Assembly: GCA_040285825.1 (NCBI GenBank)
Contig: JAUPSS010000007.1
Span: 1,078,501-1,142,500 of the forward strand
Source: Eukaryota sp. TZLM1-RC
Taxonomy: Eukaryota > Protista > Metamonada: BaSk clade
Direction: 5' to 3'
Length of the DNA: 64,000 nt
This document shows, one piece after another, positions 19,201 through 29,360 of the stretch; the first letter of the stretch is position 1, and every line of letters starts with the position of its first letter. A program made the position numbers and the translations under genes. Under the pieces are notes generated by a model. The model saw nothing but the letters and a program-made list of their open reading frames with translations. It was not told the DNA's origin and did no database searches.

Positions 19201-22160
19201 AATTATTGGGTGGAATTGTTGAGCATTTGCCTGTTGATGCTGTCAGTTTCTTAATTGGTTGTTGCCCAAAACCTTCAGTATGCGGTCAATTATGCACTAT
19301 TTACTGTGATTTAAAGATGAAGGAATTATTAAAGGAAGAACGTGATTTGACCAAGTTTGTCAAAGCATTTTCAAGTCGTTTTGGTCAATTGTTGAATATA
19401 CTTGATTCCAACCAAGAACGAAATCCAGTAAAATTTAGCTTTGTTTGTGCAGCAATCAGCAGTGCTTTCAAATTCAATTACCCATCTCAATGGAAGGAAC
19501 AAGATTTAATGAGACTTTGGAATACTATCAGAAAAGCTAATGGTTTGGCTTCACTTGTTTTGTATTCCACTGCGTTCTATATGGTTGTAGATCATTTAAT
19601 TGTCAATGAATTACCAATTCCCTTTGCCATTCTCAAATACTCTCTACAGGACCACCAAAATAATGAATATTTGGGACCTCAAACTCTACTTGTTAGACGT
19701 CTTTTATCAACAAAAACCACTAGTGAAGCAACATCAATATTAGCTGGAATGATTAGTAATTCTGATGGTCGTAGAGCTGAAAAACAAACCTTATTCAATT
19801 CCATTAATTACCAAGAATCTGATTTCTCTCCTCTGTTCAAGGAAGTTGATTGGGGAAATGACAGTCAAGTATTAGCTCAAATTGATCACATCAAAGATAA
19901 TAATTTTGGTCTAGAAGGTCCAAATAATGAGCTCGGTCCCAAGTTTAAGGCTCTGTTATCAGTAAGAAATTTCAACATCAATAATGACTTTATCAACCAA
20001 TTCTTTTCTAGTTTTGATGAGTGCAAAAGTTTATTGGTCTGTGTTGGTGAGGCCCTTTCGGTTCCTCATTTCTCTGACTTTATCAATGGTAATTTAGCTA
20101 ATTCTTATATCCCCACAATGCTGCCACATTCAGCAATCGCCTGGTTTTATTTCACAGCTGATCCTGCAGTAACTTCTGTTTGGTGTTGTTCTAATTGTGC
20201 TGCACGGATTGTCGTTCAAGATTGTGGTCAATTAGTTGAGCCAGGACATCATGGAGGTGAGAGAAATGCTACTCGGGATAGATTTTGCATTCGTGGATGT
20301 TCATCTTTTAATAGACACCAAATTGGTAGTTATCAACAGTATAATGCCTGGTTATTGAACCAAAAAGGAAATAATTGGACGAGAGGGATGATAGCGTTGA
20401 ATACCGAAGTTTTGACCTGTTCTGCAGAATTTCAACGACTTTTGCGTTTTGGAAGTCTTTGTGATTTTCTTATTGCAAATTCATTAGTTTTAACATTGTT
20501 GCTCGCAAAGACTCTGATTTCCCCTCAATTTTGCAATTACCTCCAGCAAACCTTGGATGAAGAACGTCCCATCTCTTATTTGAGGGATGGGTTGTTCAAA
20601 TGTATTGAACTGCTGGCCAGAACTTCTGGTTTAGGTACAATTCCTCAAGTCACCAGCATTGTTGCAAACAAAATAAGACAATTTAATCAATTCCATGGCC
20701 CTTCCTTTATGTGTAACACTATTGATGAAAGATTTCAGTTAGAATCAGCTGTTTATCACTTTTTGAACACCATGAGCAATGATGGTTTGCCAAAACTTGA
20801 TGGCGACGTGCCAACTTTAGGCTCAAAGTATCTACGAATTAACTTGGAATTACTACAATCTCTTGAAGACAAAGTTATTGCTTCTATAGTTGGTACTATC
20901 AGTCCAGTCACTCAGGAGCCAGATTCAACCTTACCAGTGCCAGTCAGTAGAAATGACCAGGTCTATTTGACTGCAGCGAGGTATTTACCACCATATTTGG
21001 AATTCGTCAATGCTGCTCGTCAATATGCTGCCCAGTTTCCAGAAAATGAAGTCAGACAACAAAGTATTGGCCAGTTTATTAATTCTGTTGGTATTGATGG
21101 TAGAAAATTATTTGAAAAGGGTCGTTCACATTATTTGAATTTGTTCAAAGCTTTGGAGCAACATGGGCTCCATTCCATTGACACTTGTGGAGCTTCTATA
21201 AGGTTTCCCAGCAATTTTAGCAATAGAAATACCTTGAAGAGTATTTTGCTGGATGGAACAGAAGATAGTGAATCTCAAGAACTTTCTTACTTGGTTTCCA
21301 CAATTATTCAAAGCCACAATACAATCACTGACAAGTTTTCGTTATCCAGGAAGTCTATTTTTGAGTTTGAAGAAAATTCTTTTGGCAATGTTACTGTCAC
21401 TGAGAAATGTTTTCTACTTGATCCAATCAATCAATCATTTATTGATTGTGAAGTTGCCTATCTTGGACTATTAATCACGGGTGCTGTACGAAATTCCCTA
21501 TCTGATGTACAGAAAACGAGCTATAAGTTGAGTAATTCAAGTGATCTCTACTCAATCATGCCTGTGGTGATTGAAAATTTGGGTACTGGTACTCGTATCA
21601 ATGGAAAAGCAGATCTTGTTCATTTTTTGAACAGTCTTGGGTCAATGCAAAAGTTAGAGGTTTATAGTAACCTCTGTGTTATTCTATCAGCTGTTGCTTT
21701 GGTTGAAGAAAAAGATTCTAGTATTAATATCGCGAAGTTTTGCCAACACAATGCACTGTCCTTGGATTCAAGTAAGCAGTTCTTGACCCAATTTGGACAG
21801 CGATCAATTTCACAACTTCCAGGGTTGTTGAGAATTGTAGAACTTTGCTTCACTTATAATGAATTAGTTCCAAGAGTTCAGGATCTTTTCAAGGGTGGCA
21901 AGTTAACCAACAGTTTACGAAAAAGTTTAATGAGATTAAATCCAAAGGAAAAAGAGTCAGTTCTTTGGTTATTGAAGGCTTTTGTTTTACGTAAATTGGT
22001 CAGAAATGCGGTAGATGATCGTCATTTGGGTAACAATGTAGAAACTCATTGTTTCGATCCGACTGAACCATTTGTGGAGCAAGATTTGAAAGATGATGCT
22101 TTTTTCAAGCAATTAAAGATTGGGGAAGTAATGCCTGTATTGGAGTTTTTAGAACGGTAG
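10239..22160 (+). CDS. RNF213/mysterin-like giant AAA+ ATPase, putative E3 ligase (~3,973 aa from first ATG)
   Basis: 12-kb uninterrupted ORF with RNF213-type motifs in order: LTSQIPGQGKSKY; NYVLTNDNFMKM...IPTILVGSSGIGKT (Walker A, ~15183); VLFLDEVNS (Walker B); PVILIGLPGTSKSLS (~16212); MDEISLLLDAPANPLKCLHSILE; FVGISN; FYGMRDVY; IIGSQFEKD; LFDILNKNY; LLNRLEK; Cys-rich finger at ~20181-20300. The ORF track starts at TTG 10137. Confidence 0.88.
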   Translation: MSSMKQVHFFVITKDYQTRLFIGCSPDKWNDTHKRFVESVGRNKALYGSCSLDFNLRFDYKYRSHHDWEPRNHNRRFEGIFATDFVPNSPRKLLPQDFLYCIADLVFHASREGVPLEMLQEVVRSFVSKSHQEVHPRLVRLDRNLSYVLNTLLNLLPSTFSLVINRFPNLAELMNNDHIGCFLYHLDVSSSPDLTLLHSLLPKVKNSSEHRRSILLKISTSVSPSHLGQLGTIFLQLFRESINDDVIISQVLTSDLPPQLVSQIVRLVHRLLPNIYLSVKLNKSITDHFYQNLNHFSDLDLLAKFLFLNFRDLILQDLAYFSPTMGRIMKENPRYLALLKQNLNNNDFLVKMISQINPELVFKSLVILTSIFDLSSDSVRTIESIIKTTEQNPKVMYITIAPTVSGFEFFTGFGKYSIILNALAEPLPENTTIQDLICDLLPFAYEIFRYDLNDLDCLSDIIAKFRQLAQNFDLSVNELNLLSNESNHSQFLQNIPPQINQNNATKNNFISQISQLIKSVENKKSIAESALLIAQSLGLETSQLDHLLAQLERTEDSVNTVLSLPIPDNIKEVIQIFRKWLACSTEVHQYQSVSNVVSSHLFKFLYHQIRQQFINRNSSNQEEESANEDANVLPNLFEESDSEEDEYLGHDVEEHVELPGTIALIQLIMERLDGFIKELSSSEATVELVYDVYSGFNAYQLDNEMKQLSALSQNLVKEPLLNLIAWSKRKQWVKIVTCLAELKNENSNLNLIVDEGLELPQSVDRLPLLRQYRELANSLCISECHQCNAYNPPLYLQALTLLLDVDDLFSVLEKRASMTTDLLMSKLFSGVVTSDSTNNSFLRLINEENSFFRKVLEPLFNSPNAITLDDFFGRIHEFMLLNDLHSFNSFNDFANDFNQVKKSAVVIDETIENAGNQSALLEIFAKTDFENAQLIFELDNNAVALEVVTLDGQTKVLKDRFEHARAEAILQTKEEFNQRLQQKNDSSFVDSAKLKQFEEICGACDSIITINSELKQLGYPLVSRNDRSSEERISVLDVQDYCSEQRELLNRWKGLIESAQAGVFKGLNAHEIVSFLTRNRADLSNIYKLNTVHFNKSDPLEITLEMLCSEEIEELNQAEPSSISYYKSRSFSNLFIDLLSILESNNITLDLRNVLLCNSETCLSSVKAILFDSLKQKRVIFGVNALSHSVFEGLVKFLNTTQLPFEALFTGSNESFSDAVSRVNVLPPPNTDEVAQYARKSCRVSEILTSQIPGQGKSKYAREKTSITLQLAGIITRNDTIKVLNQFISGHRISRAKPHLHLDINEPIDIMKELFDIGKWNSESGVVNSEDFYNLCLIVFSLSYLKGLRLNGDLFLLGEGKIFLELPSIREEEGWTNLFVEAVFPHRNSITTELAYDPSVFDGNAVGAQLSSRVMEGLKVALSSDEVDVHYLLERPFAGFPPPHSSFWSFRLLSQIVLFAAQQLNYLDGDYHFSTIEDDDDRFREANFSQRMDNQRRDAINVLFGFTRKIVLLSTPVEGQDHNLAAGSMVISWKNMHTIMLGYAHSDHKPIVVPSNESTSVPTALKQMIAVQTGLHYDDRRPLRNAQVPPTEEGKIELLRNFTHKNPTLNGNLFKMANLDNYVLTNDNFMKMMLLALRLKTNIPTILVGSSGIGKTHLLKYCCFVLFSLREVSDFEYDMQQKRLDLFHDISVNAGTSLSEIRDAIMKVNELAINLETEISLEGVVSPDCLFPVLFLDEVNSNDFLAKVSLLITNRQFDDLRLHERVRIICAINPFVKSCLDSNSKLYNVWECPCSLKHYMMDFGSLEAEDEREYVSKIAQKADLPNKDLLSKLLVTVHGQLTERTEHGFVRPKRVPWMVSLRDATRVTRVIGKLLEVYNKLGNDHLFKKALCPFDAFDQEKHCRFVFLLSIWVCYVLRVPSTRQQNTMLTEASRILGFGPRGKELLENSLNYLFDLINPAASFNVVRTKYFLENSMALFVGILSKTPVILIGLPGTSKSLSLTMLLTYLTTISNEPERSRIVRLLPHHYQGSHAATTESIEKVVDGINNTVDAASDHDVVHALIMDEISLLLDAPANPLKCLHSILEPRETPIPKFSFVGISNNEFDAAPSSRAIVIQRKPPAANELSKIVAKMVQNHSLSTKISTIVSTFHTQMDNLRPEFYGMRDVYQLAKFLEQNFESNVTELLIMLIRAYGGLKVTDILVHLIQEHFIDKVLGKYLLGFFRSFTLNKSHLLTAIREAFVQSFGDYSENSRHILAIGNLDLVKCIVQASPRANDLTVIIGSQFEKDAYNSTSYRQLSVVSSAVNLGHLIVLHGTSHLIGALFDILNKNYVRTEGEKGIARIALGTVANHLVTVHPKTKIIVVIKESDLEGNKTPKALLNRLEKFNLNELIAEKFDIPSSLEASFFDYGLQYSLPRLNGQTVQELADSFLSQLMLNDLNDQNFLILKRLANPLFCLQSRSNRNTRDLVEEGFGYLSLVQYLEERSSSHPGPIFVIALSSYFGSSQFNIDMYDHYSVTTMGAITTLNELDSKLTSEAELLKAVSQAKEGALGRCLMVVRIDDDQSVQFDNVQNQLDYIRKAFNSKEFILDIAICLINPTDLNMSATHSTEGISLVYLDAVNYQGIIQNFKFESISELKQFDMENLDQEAFNEIFKNLVMSVFVTSDLPKPLLTRSHQLVLSLSQSNENYLSGIFTQMIQSGTLQFDNTQFAFNFDSDDFKSKTVQGIVEETIRSKFKEIIGQFLTILLQSNLLIPSELPNDQYVGLLDVIIASLPEAIKIQSIGEYSETPIPFIYFLCTLLDYARNQQNSEKVWEAIFAELPVDLIDLVSRFDPIEVISTILGYFSYDQRVIQYLLGRGHFEGGDLFELLQAVLKFLVDPNSIALMSALNYFKEFNANISTEFVSMASTAIQNLSLDSKSATENLLSSIDFNEINDPFSEILLNWLRIAIALDCPDDLKSEVPIESLDNLISCLGDFIANDTSNRIKLLGGIVEHLPVDAVSFLIGCCPKPSVCGQLCTIYCDLKMKELLKEERDLTKFVKAFSSRFGQLLNILDSNQERNPVKFSFVCAAISSAFKFNYPSQWKEQDLMRLWNTIRKANGLASLVLYSTAFYMVVDHLIVNELPIPFAILKYSLQDHQNNEYLGPQTLLVRRLLSTKTTSEATSILAGMISNSDGRRAEKQTLFNSINYQESDFSPLFKEVDWGNDSQVLAQIDHIKDNNFGLEGPNNELGPKFKALLSVRNFNINNDFINQFFSSFDECKSLLVCVGEALSVPHFSDFINGNLANSYIPTMLPHSAIAWFYFTADPAVTSVWCCSNCAARIVVQDCGQLVEPGHHGGERNATRDRFCIRGCSSFNRHQIGSYQQYNAWLLNQKGNNWTRGMIALNTEVLTCSAEFQRLLRFGSLCDFLIANSLVLTLLLAKTLISPQFCNYLQQTLDEERPISYLRDGLFKCIELLARTSGLGTIPQVTSIVANKIRQFNQFHGPSFMCNTIDERFQLESAVYHFLNTMSNDGLPKLDGDVPTLGSKYLRINLELLQSLEDKVIASIVGTISPVTQEPDSTLPVPVSRNDQVYLTAARYLPPYLEFVNAARQYAAQFPENEVRQQSIGQFINSVGIDGRKLFEKGRSHYLNLFKALEQHGLHSIDTCGASIRFPSNFSNRNTLKSILLDGTEDSESQELSYLVSTIIQSHNTITDKFSLSRKSIFEFEENSFGNVTVTEKCFLLDPINQSFIDCEVAYLGLLITGAVRNSLSDVQKTSYKLSNSSDLYSIMPVVIENLGTGTRINGKADLVHFLNSLGSMQKLEVYSNLCVILSAVALVEEKDSSINIAKFCQHNALSLDSSKQFLTQFGQRSISQLPGLLRIVELCFTYNELVPRVQDLFKGGKLTNSLRKSLMRLNPKEKESVLWLLKAFVLRKLVRNAVDDRHLGNNVETHCFDPTEPFVEQDLKDDAFFKQLKIGEVMPVLEFLER

Positions 22161-22295
22161 TGTACATGGCTTTTTATTTAGTGTTTACTTTTGCTTGTTA
22201 ATAAATCAATCAACGTAGAATGTTTTTTCTGGTCATTAACAACTTTAATGACTCCATAGAACATTTGGGATAATTAATTTGTAATATAATATTTT

Positions 22296-24312
22296 TTTCG
22301 TCCTTATCAGTTTGCTATTGGAATTCCTGATAGCACAACTTGTGCTGCCTTGTGTACAGATTTACTTTTCAATCAAAAAGGCGAAAATTAGTTACTGAAT
22401 ATTGATTTTAAAAATGCTTTCAACTCGGTTTTTCGCTCGAGTATTTTACAAGAACTTGAACTACATTATCCTCCACTTTTGCCGTATTTTAAATTGATGT
22501 ATGGATCACCCTCTAACCTAATTTTCCATTCTGAGAATATTGTTTCGTCAAGAGGCGTCAAACAAGGGGATCCATTGAATCCATTTTTCTGTTGCTTAAC
22601 ACTGCAATTAGTTTTAGTAAAATTTAAGTTGGATTTTCCTGACATTGATTTATGTGCTTATGCAGATGATTTATCACTTATCGTTCCTTTGTCTCTTTTA
22701 CAGCAAGGGTTACAACATTTCTGTCCCAACAAATAGGGTTAGAAATTAAATTGCCCAAACGTTTCATTATTGGTAATCAGAATGCTGAGGTAGCATTTAA
22801 TGAAACTTTTATCAAATACGTTGATTATGAGGAAGATGCGATTCGTTTTCTTGGCTCTTATTTTGGAAATAGTGAAAAAGTTAAATCGATTTTGTCAGGT
22901 ATTTTGGGAAAAATCGAAGAGCAACTTTTAGCTATTCAAGAACTAAAAATTGACAAGCATTTAGCGTTTTCTGTCCTAAATGTGTGTTTTGGATCAAAAA
23001 TTAATCACCTTCTTCGTTCTTTATCCCCCACAATTTCTCATGATTTTGCACGTCAATTTAATACTTTGAGAACCAATTTCTTAGGAGATTTAGTGGAAGT
23101 TTGTCCATCAAAAATTCCTCATCATGCATTTTTTAGTCCTAAATTTGTTGGAGTTGGTTCTTCAAAAGCAGAGTATTTATGCAAAAGTGCTTTTATTGGT
23201 GGTATGAAAAATTTTCTTTTTGAGTGGAAACTTCGTTTTGATCTTATTCCTTTGAATGAATCACATCCTTTATTAATTTCGCTTGAAAACATGGTGTAGG
23301 AACTACCTGTTGATGTGTGGAATAAGTGTTTTCCTTCAAGTTTGCCTTCTGTACCTTCCAAAACTTTGACTAATCTTCATCTTGCTGTTGTGAAATTACA
23401 GCAGTATGTTCTAATTGGTTTTGAAGACCTGGATTTCTCTAAACGACTTAGTGTGACTAAGATTAATAATCCCGTCTTGGCTGCCTTTTTATCAGACATC
23501 CAGAATTGCACTAGTTTAATATCTCAGCAACCAAGGCCATTTGGTCTTCACTTCACAAATGAAGCTTGGAAACAAAACATGCGTTTGAGATTAGGGCTGT
23601 ATCCAAGTGGTCTTTTGGATAATTCTGTTTGTATTTGTAACGAAAAACTTACTACCAATTTCCGTCATTTTGTTAGTTGTAAGAAATTCCTTCAATATCG
23701 GTCAGTTCTTCATAATGCCGTTCGTGATGTGACATATGAGCTGTTTAAGTGTTACAATTTTAGTTGCAAAGTAGAACCGTTGTTGAAGCATTATAGTGAT
23801 AATAATATGTTTAATTCACGTCGAGGTGATTTAATTGCTCCTTTTGTGGATTCCTCTCAAGTTGTTGTTGATTTTACTACAGTTGATTCCTTTGCTTTTA
23901 TTTATCGTGATAATGTTTTACTTAGTTCTAATGGTCATTTAAACAAGGCTGAGGATCGTAAAAGAGACAAATATACTGAGATATTAAATGATTTAAATCA
24001 GAATCTTTACTCGAAGTTTTCGTTTGTTCATTTTGCCTTCTCAATTTTTGGCAACATTGGACAGTCTGCCTTGAATTTTCTCAATAATTTTGGTAATTTA
24101 TGTCGTTCAAGTGGTAAGAATTTTGCAGTGAATTTATGGAAGAATCGTATCATTTTCGCTTTGTACAGAAGTGTTCCCAAGTACTTAAATTTAATGATGT
24201 CCAAGCTATATAAGGATTCATCAAGAGTTGGCGTGGAGAATTTTGTTTCTTATGTGTTTTAGTTTGTTTTGTTTTGTTTTGTTTTGTTTCTTCGTAGAAA
24301 ATAAATAATATA
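22296..24312 (+). mobile_element. Family D element, 5'-truncated and decayed (cluster edge)
   Basis: Broken ORFs 22479-22736 (GVKQGDPLNP, AYADD), 22751-23299 and 23315-24262 (HNAVRD, RRGD, ends VENFVSYVF); 3' (TTTTG)n then AATAAA. Confidence 0.88.
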
Positions 24313-24922
24313 TAAAATTTGCAATTAAATAAACGATTCAAATTAATGAGCTGACCACAACGATAAATGAAATCATTTGGCACATTGCATGGCCACAGAA
24401 AACACCTCATTTTTAAGGAAGTTGTCCATTGATGGTCATTTAACAATAGATCGTAAACATTTGGAATTTGAGAAATGAGACAATTTTTTATTTAATACTT
24501 TTTTATTCAAACGCAATTGTTAACACTTAAAAATCACCTTTTCTCAAATTCCACATTGAAAAATTATTTTACAGCATGCACAACGTTGAGAACACCATCG
24601 ATCCCTGGAGCTACTGAATCTGCCCTTCTTTTACCAAAGGACTCGTCAGTTTGATCTGGAGATAGCTTACGTACTAACGGTTCAATGAAACCCTCTATAT
24701 TGAAACTTTTGCACATAGCTTATAATTAATCACAAACTGAGTCATGTACAATTGAGCGATAAGTTATAAAATACTTGCAGCTTAAAATAAGGGAAAGCGT
24801 AACCACATTCTTGCAGCGACAGATTAAATCATTTGGTAACGAACAAGGCCATAGGAAACATCTCATTGTTATAGCAGTGGTCCATCGATGATCATTGAGT
24901 AGAAGGGCATAAATGTTGGGAA
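24313..24922 (-). mobile_element. Family E/F-like endonuclease-region fragments plus an unassigned A-tailed 3' end
   Basis: LLNDHQWTTSLKMRCFLWPC and YRSIVHDSVCD...IEPLVRKL...GKRRAD on the minus strand, with stops. Confidence 0.7.
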
Positions 24923-25382
24923 CGAAAATAAGACCAATTGCAATCGGAGAACCATTGTCTCGTATTCTTGCTTCTGCTGTTTTTGGTAGGATTGGTAAAA
25001 AAAGCTAAAAATTGTTTAGTCCTTTTCAATTTGGTATTAAAACAGTTGATGGAGCATCTTCTGCTGCCCTGTCTTCTGATGTTTTCTTCAATGCAAATAA
25101 TTCAAATTATATTTTTAATTTAGATTTTGAAAACGCCTTTAATGCTGTTAAGAGGTCATCAATATTGCCCTTGTTGCAAACTCATTTCTCAGAAGCTGAA
25201 TCTCTCTTTAACAATTCCTACGGTTCTCAATCAACACTTGTATATGAGGAATTTAATATTGTATCATCATCTGGTGTTAAACAAGGTGCTCCATTGGGTC
25301 CTTTTTTTCTTTTGCCTCGCTATTCATCCTTTAATATGTGAATTAAAACAATTTTATCCAGAAATTGAAATACAGCTTATAT

Positions 25383-25751
25383 TTTATTTATTGAATTTGC
25401 ACACTTGATTAAATTAAATCATAACTAATGGGACGACTATCATCAAACCAGATTTCCTCTACAAAATCTTGATTTGCTTGCTGTCTAGCTAAAGCTTCTC
25501 TAATTCGATTGAAAAACCGCGGTAATCTATTAATAATGGCAAATTGAATCCGTGAACGCCATAAAAAAATATCAAATCTTTTCATTGTTTTTTCTTTCAC
25601 CATTTTTTGGAAGTCATCCAAAAAAGTTTCTGCTTCAACTGATAATCTTCCATTTATCGAAAATGGGAAAGCAATAAAAACCAGCTGTGTATTTCTATCG
25701 AAATTTGCATCTTCAATTTCTTTATCATATTTTCTATGTTTTTCTTTTGCT
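25383..25751 (-). mobile_element. Family C 3' fragment inserted in F
   Basis: Short TSD TTATAT; empty site CAGCTTATATGGATG at ~30924 in the duplicate block. Confidence 0.85.
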
Positions 25752-25815
25752 TTATATGGATGACATTTCAATAATTGGTCCAATTGATACATTGAGAAAA
25801 ATTGCTAAAGTTGTT

Positions 25816-27772
25816 GCATTTTTAATCTTGATTTCAAAAATGCTTTCAATTCAGTGAAAAGAGATTCAATTTGGAAAGAAATCAAATCAAATTTTCCTGA
25901 ACTCGAAACCTTTTTTGATAGGTTTTATGGTAATTCATCTGATTTAATTTTTAATTCCTTTAATCTTGATTCGTTATCAGGAGTTAAACAAGGAGACCCT
26001 TTAGGTCCTTTCTTTTTTTGTCTTGCGATTCACCCAATTTTGACAAAATTAAAAGAAGAAAATTCTGACCTTCAAGTGGTAGCCTATATTGATGACATTT
26101 CTTGTATTGGTCCAGAAAGTACAATTAATAGAGTTGCTAATGAAGCTGCTACATTATACCAATCCATAGGTCTTGAGTTGAATGTTCAAAAATGTTTTTG
26201 TATTTCCAGTAAAATGTTAAGTTAATAATTAATTCCCTTGAAGTTCCATATATTGATTATACTTCAACTAGTTTCTGCTTTCTTGGTTGCTATTTAGGTT
26301 CCGCCGAAAAGACACTTGATAGCCTTGAAAACTATTTAAATTCAATTAAAAAAGAGCTAGAAGTCATAAAGACCCTTGAATTGGAAAAACATCTTGAGTT
26401 TTTTCTTTTGAAAATTTGTTATGCTGGAAAAATTACTCATTTACTGAGATCATTACCTCCATCCCTAACTTACAATTTTTGTAGACAATTTAACAAAATA
26501 CGTACAGAATTTTTGGCTTATTTAATGTCTGTTGATCCATCAATTTTGAAAAATCATATTTTTTCTGATGTTCAACTCGGCGGTGTTGGATTCAATTCAT
26601 CAAAATATTTGACCAAAGCTGCATTTATTGGTGGTGGAAAAAATTTTGTATTTGAATTCTCTAGAAGATATCTTTTTGCCGAAAATCTTCTTGAAACTAC
26701 AAATAGCCTATTCCTCGATAACTTAAGAGAAGAAATATCCAGTTTATCTCCCGACTTATGGCAATTATGTTTCCCCATATCCATTCAAGAAATTCCAGAC
26801 AGAAGTTTGTATTCTTTAAAATTTGCGTTGAAAAAGCTCCAATGACATCTTTTGAAAAAATTTGAAAGCAAGGATTTTATTGTTCGACTTAGCACGGCTA
26901 AGAAAGAAAATCCTGCTTTTGCAAATTTTTTGATTGATTTGAAGGACAGTTCATCTGCAGTTTTGATAAATCAAATTCCCCAGATTTATGGCCTATTTTT
27001 GAATGACGACAACTGGACCACTGCCATGAGAATGCGTTGTTATTTATGGCCTTGTAATTTGCCCAATGATTTGTTTTGCAAATGTGGAGCTAGTTTGACA
27101 TTATCACATTTATTTAATTGCAATAGATTTATTTCCTATCGTTCTACGTTGCATGATGCAGTTAGAGATCAAATTTATGCAATGTGTAATTCCTATCATA
27201 TTGAATCTTTTGTAGAACCTTTGTTGAGGTCTCTTGATATAAATGAAAGCGTAAGAGATTCAGAATATGGAAAACGACGTGCTGATGTTGTTGTGCCCTC
27301 GTTTGAAGATGTCATGAATGTTGTTGATGTCGTAACAGTGGATGTTTGCAAGAAAAATGCCTTGAAAAATGCACAATCCGAAGTATCTCCCCTTGATGAC
27401 TCCGAATTGTACAAACGGAAAAAATATGCAAATCCTTTAAAAGAATTGAAACATGTTCGCCATGTAGATTACCAAATTTGCCCATTTGCTATATCGTTAT
27501 ATGGTCGTCTTGGAAATACTGCTATGAATTTTATTGATGATTTTGAAAATCTTGTAAAAAGAAGAATGAATAAGCGTTTTGATCGTTGCTTGTGGCTAAA
27601 TCGTATTGTTTTTACTATTTTCAAATCAATTCCTAAAATGATTTCGAAAGCTTTGATGTCTGTCAGTGCACATTACGAAGAAATTGCTGTTGTGAGGTTT
27701 GATGGTGTGGAAGCTTGTTTTGAAGATATTGACTTGTAGACTGTGGTTTGGAAAATAAATTAAGAATACTAA
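25816..27772 (+). mobile_element. Family B, 5'-truncated, inserted in F
   Basis: ORFs 25854-27739 ending CFEDIDL; TSD AAAGTTGTT at 25807 and 27773. Confidence 0.9.
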
Positions 27773-27787
27773 AAAGTTGTTCAACAG

Positions 27788-28187
27788 CAAAACAGGATTG
27801 TATTTTCTATTTTTAAGGGAATGGTAAAACTAATTTCTGATTCACTATCATGCCCAATATAATTTATGTCCATTTGTTTTTTCTTTGCTTGAATCTCTAG
27901 GTAAGGCTGCTATGGCTTTCCTTGAGGATTTTGTTGTTGTTGTTGTAAAGGAAAGAACTGGAAGAATTTTCAATCGTGTTTACTGGCAAAACAGGATTGT
28001 ATTTTCTATTTTTAAGGAAATGGTAAAACTAATTTCTGATTCACTATCTTCTTTTGGGAAATTTTCTGAATCTTTAGCAAATAATTGTTTTGATGTAGGG
28101 GGGCAGGTTTTGAGGATGTTGAGTTTGAGTTGTGTATTTTATGTTTTCATATTCCTTATTAAATGAATAAAATTGAGCAATCAGAAA
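27788..28187 (+). mobile_element. Family E 3' fragment inserted at the same F site
   Basis: RTGRIFNRVYWQNRIVFSIFK; TSD AAAAGTTGTTCAACAG at 27772 and 28188. Confidence 0.85.
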
Positions 28188-28582
28188 AAAAGTTGTTCAA
28201 CAGTAATATTATGAAATTGGTCTTTCATTAAACATTTTCAAATGTTTATTGAATGTTAAAAACCCTGCTGAACTCATTATTGATGATCTAACTGTTCCTT
28301 TCATCAACTATTATGAATCAGGATTTCGATTTTTTGTTTGTTATCTAGTATATTTTGATGAAATTCGAAATCAACTTTCAACTCTTTTAGCAAATTTTGA
28401 AGAGTATCTTGCTGTTCTTTTAGATTTAAACATAGAAAGACATCTCCAATTCTTCTTTCTCAGAATTTGTTATTCAGGTAAATTTACTCATGTCCTACGT
28501 TCAACCACACCATCAATTTCTGTTAAATTTTGCAGAGTTTTTAACGAATTAAGAATCAATTTTTTGGCTAATTTGCTGGAAA

Positions 28583-29056
28583 TTTTTTTGAATCAGTTTT
28601 TTTATTTTATTGAAAACTTATAAATCAACATCTAAAAAATCCATCTCTCCCAAAACAAAAACACTAGATGCAACTCTCTCATAGTGAGAACCAAGAGACA
28701 GCAAAGCATCCGAAACCATCTTCAACATCCCCTTAAAAATAGAAAACACAATTCTATTTTGCCAAAACAATCTGTTGAAATTTCTGCCAGTTCTTCTCTT
28801 TACAATCATTTCAAAATCTTCCAAAAAACGTAAAGCCGTTGGTGCAAGTGAACCAAAAAGGGAAAACACAAATGGATACAAATTGTATTTTGCATGCTGT
28901 AGACTGGCCAATTTGGCCAAAGGTTCACTGTATTTTCTGAATTTGAAATTTTCAGCATTTGAAAGAGAATTATGAATTTCAGAATTAACAAGCCTTTCAT
29001 TTGAAGCATTACAAGGATCAACAGACATTACATCCAATAAAATGAAGCTTCCATCT
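28583..29056 (-). mobile_element. Family A 3' fragment (duplicate at ~33561-34033)
   Basis: ORF 28618-29037 ending MDFLDVDL; A-rich tail. Confidence 0.9.
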
Positions 29057-29360
29057 AAATATTAGATATTAAATGATTTAAATAAGAATCTTTACTCGGA
29101 GCTTTCGTTTGTTCCTTTTGCCTTTTCGATTTTTGGTAACATTGGCACAGTCTGTCTTGAATTTTCTCAATGATTTTGGTAATTTATCTCGTTCAAGTGG
29201 TAAGAATTTTGCAGGGAATTTATGGAAGAATCGTATCACTTTTGCTTTGTACAGAAGTGTTCCCAAGTACTTAAATTTAATGATGTCCAAGCTATATAAG
29301 GATTCATCAAGAGTTGGCGTAAAGAATTTTGTTTCTTATGTGTTTTAGTTTGTTTTGTTT

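Larger units (their letters stand above)
24923..28582 (+). mobile_element. Family F RT fragment interrupted by C, B and E insertions
   Basis: IRPIAIGEPLSR...GVKQGAPLGP...AYMDD (24923-25815), resuming at ~28188 (YYEIGLSLN...LRICYSGKFTHVLRST). Confidence 0.8.
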
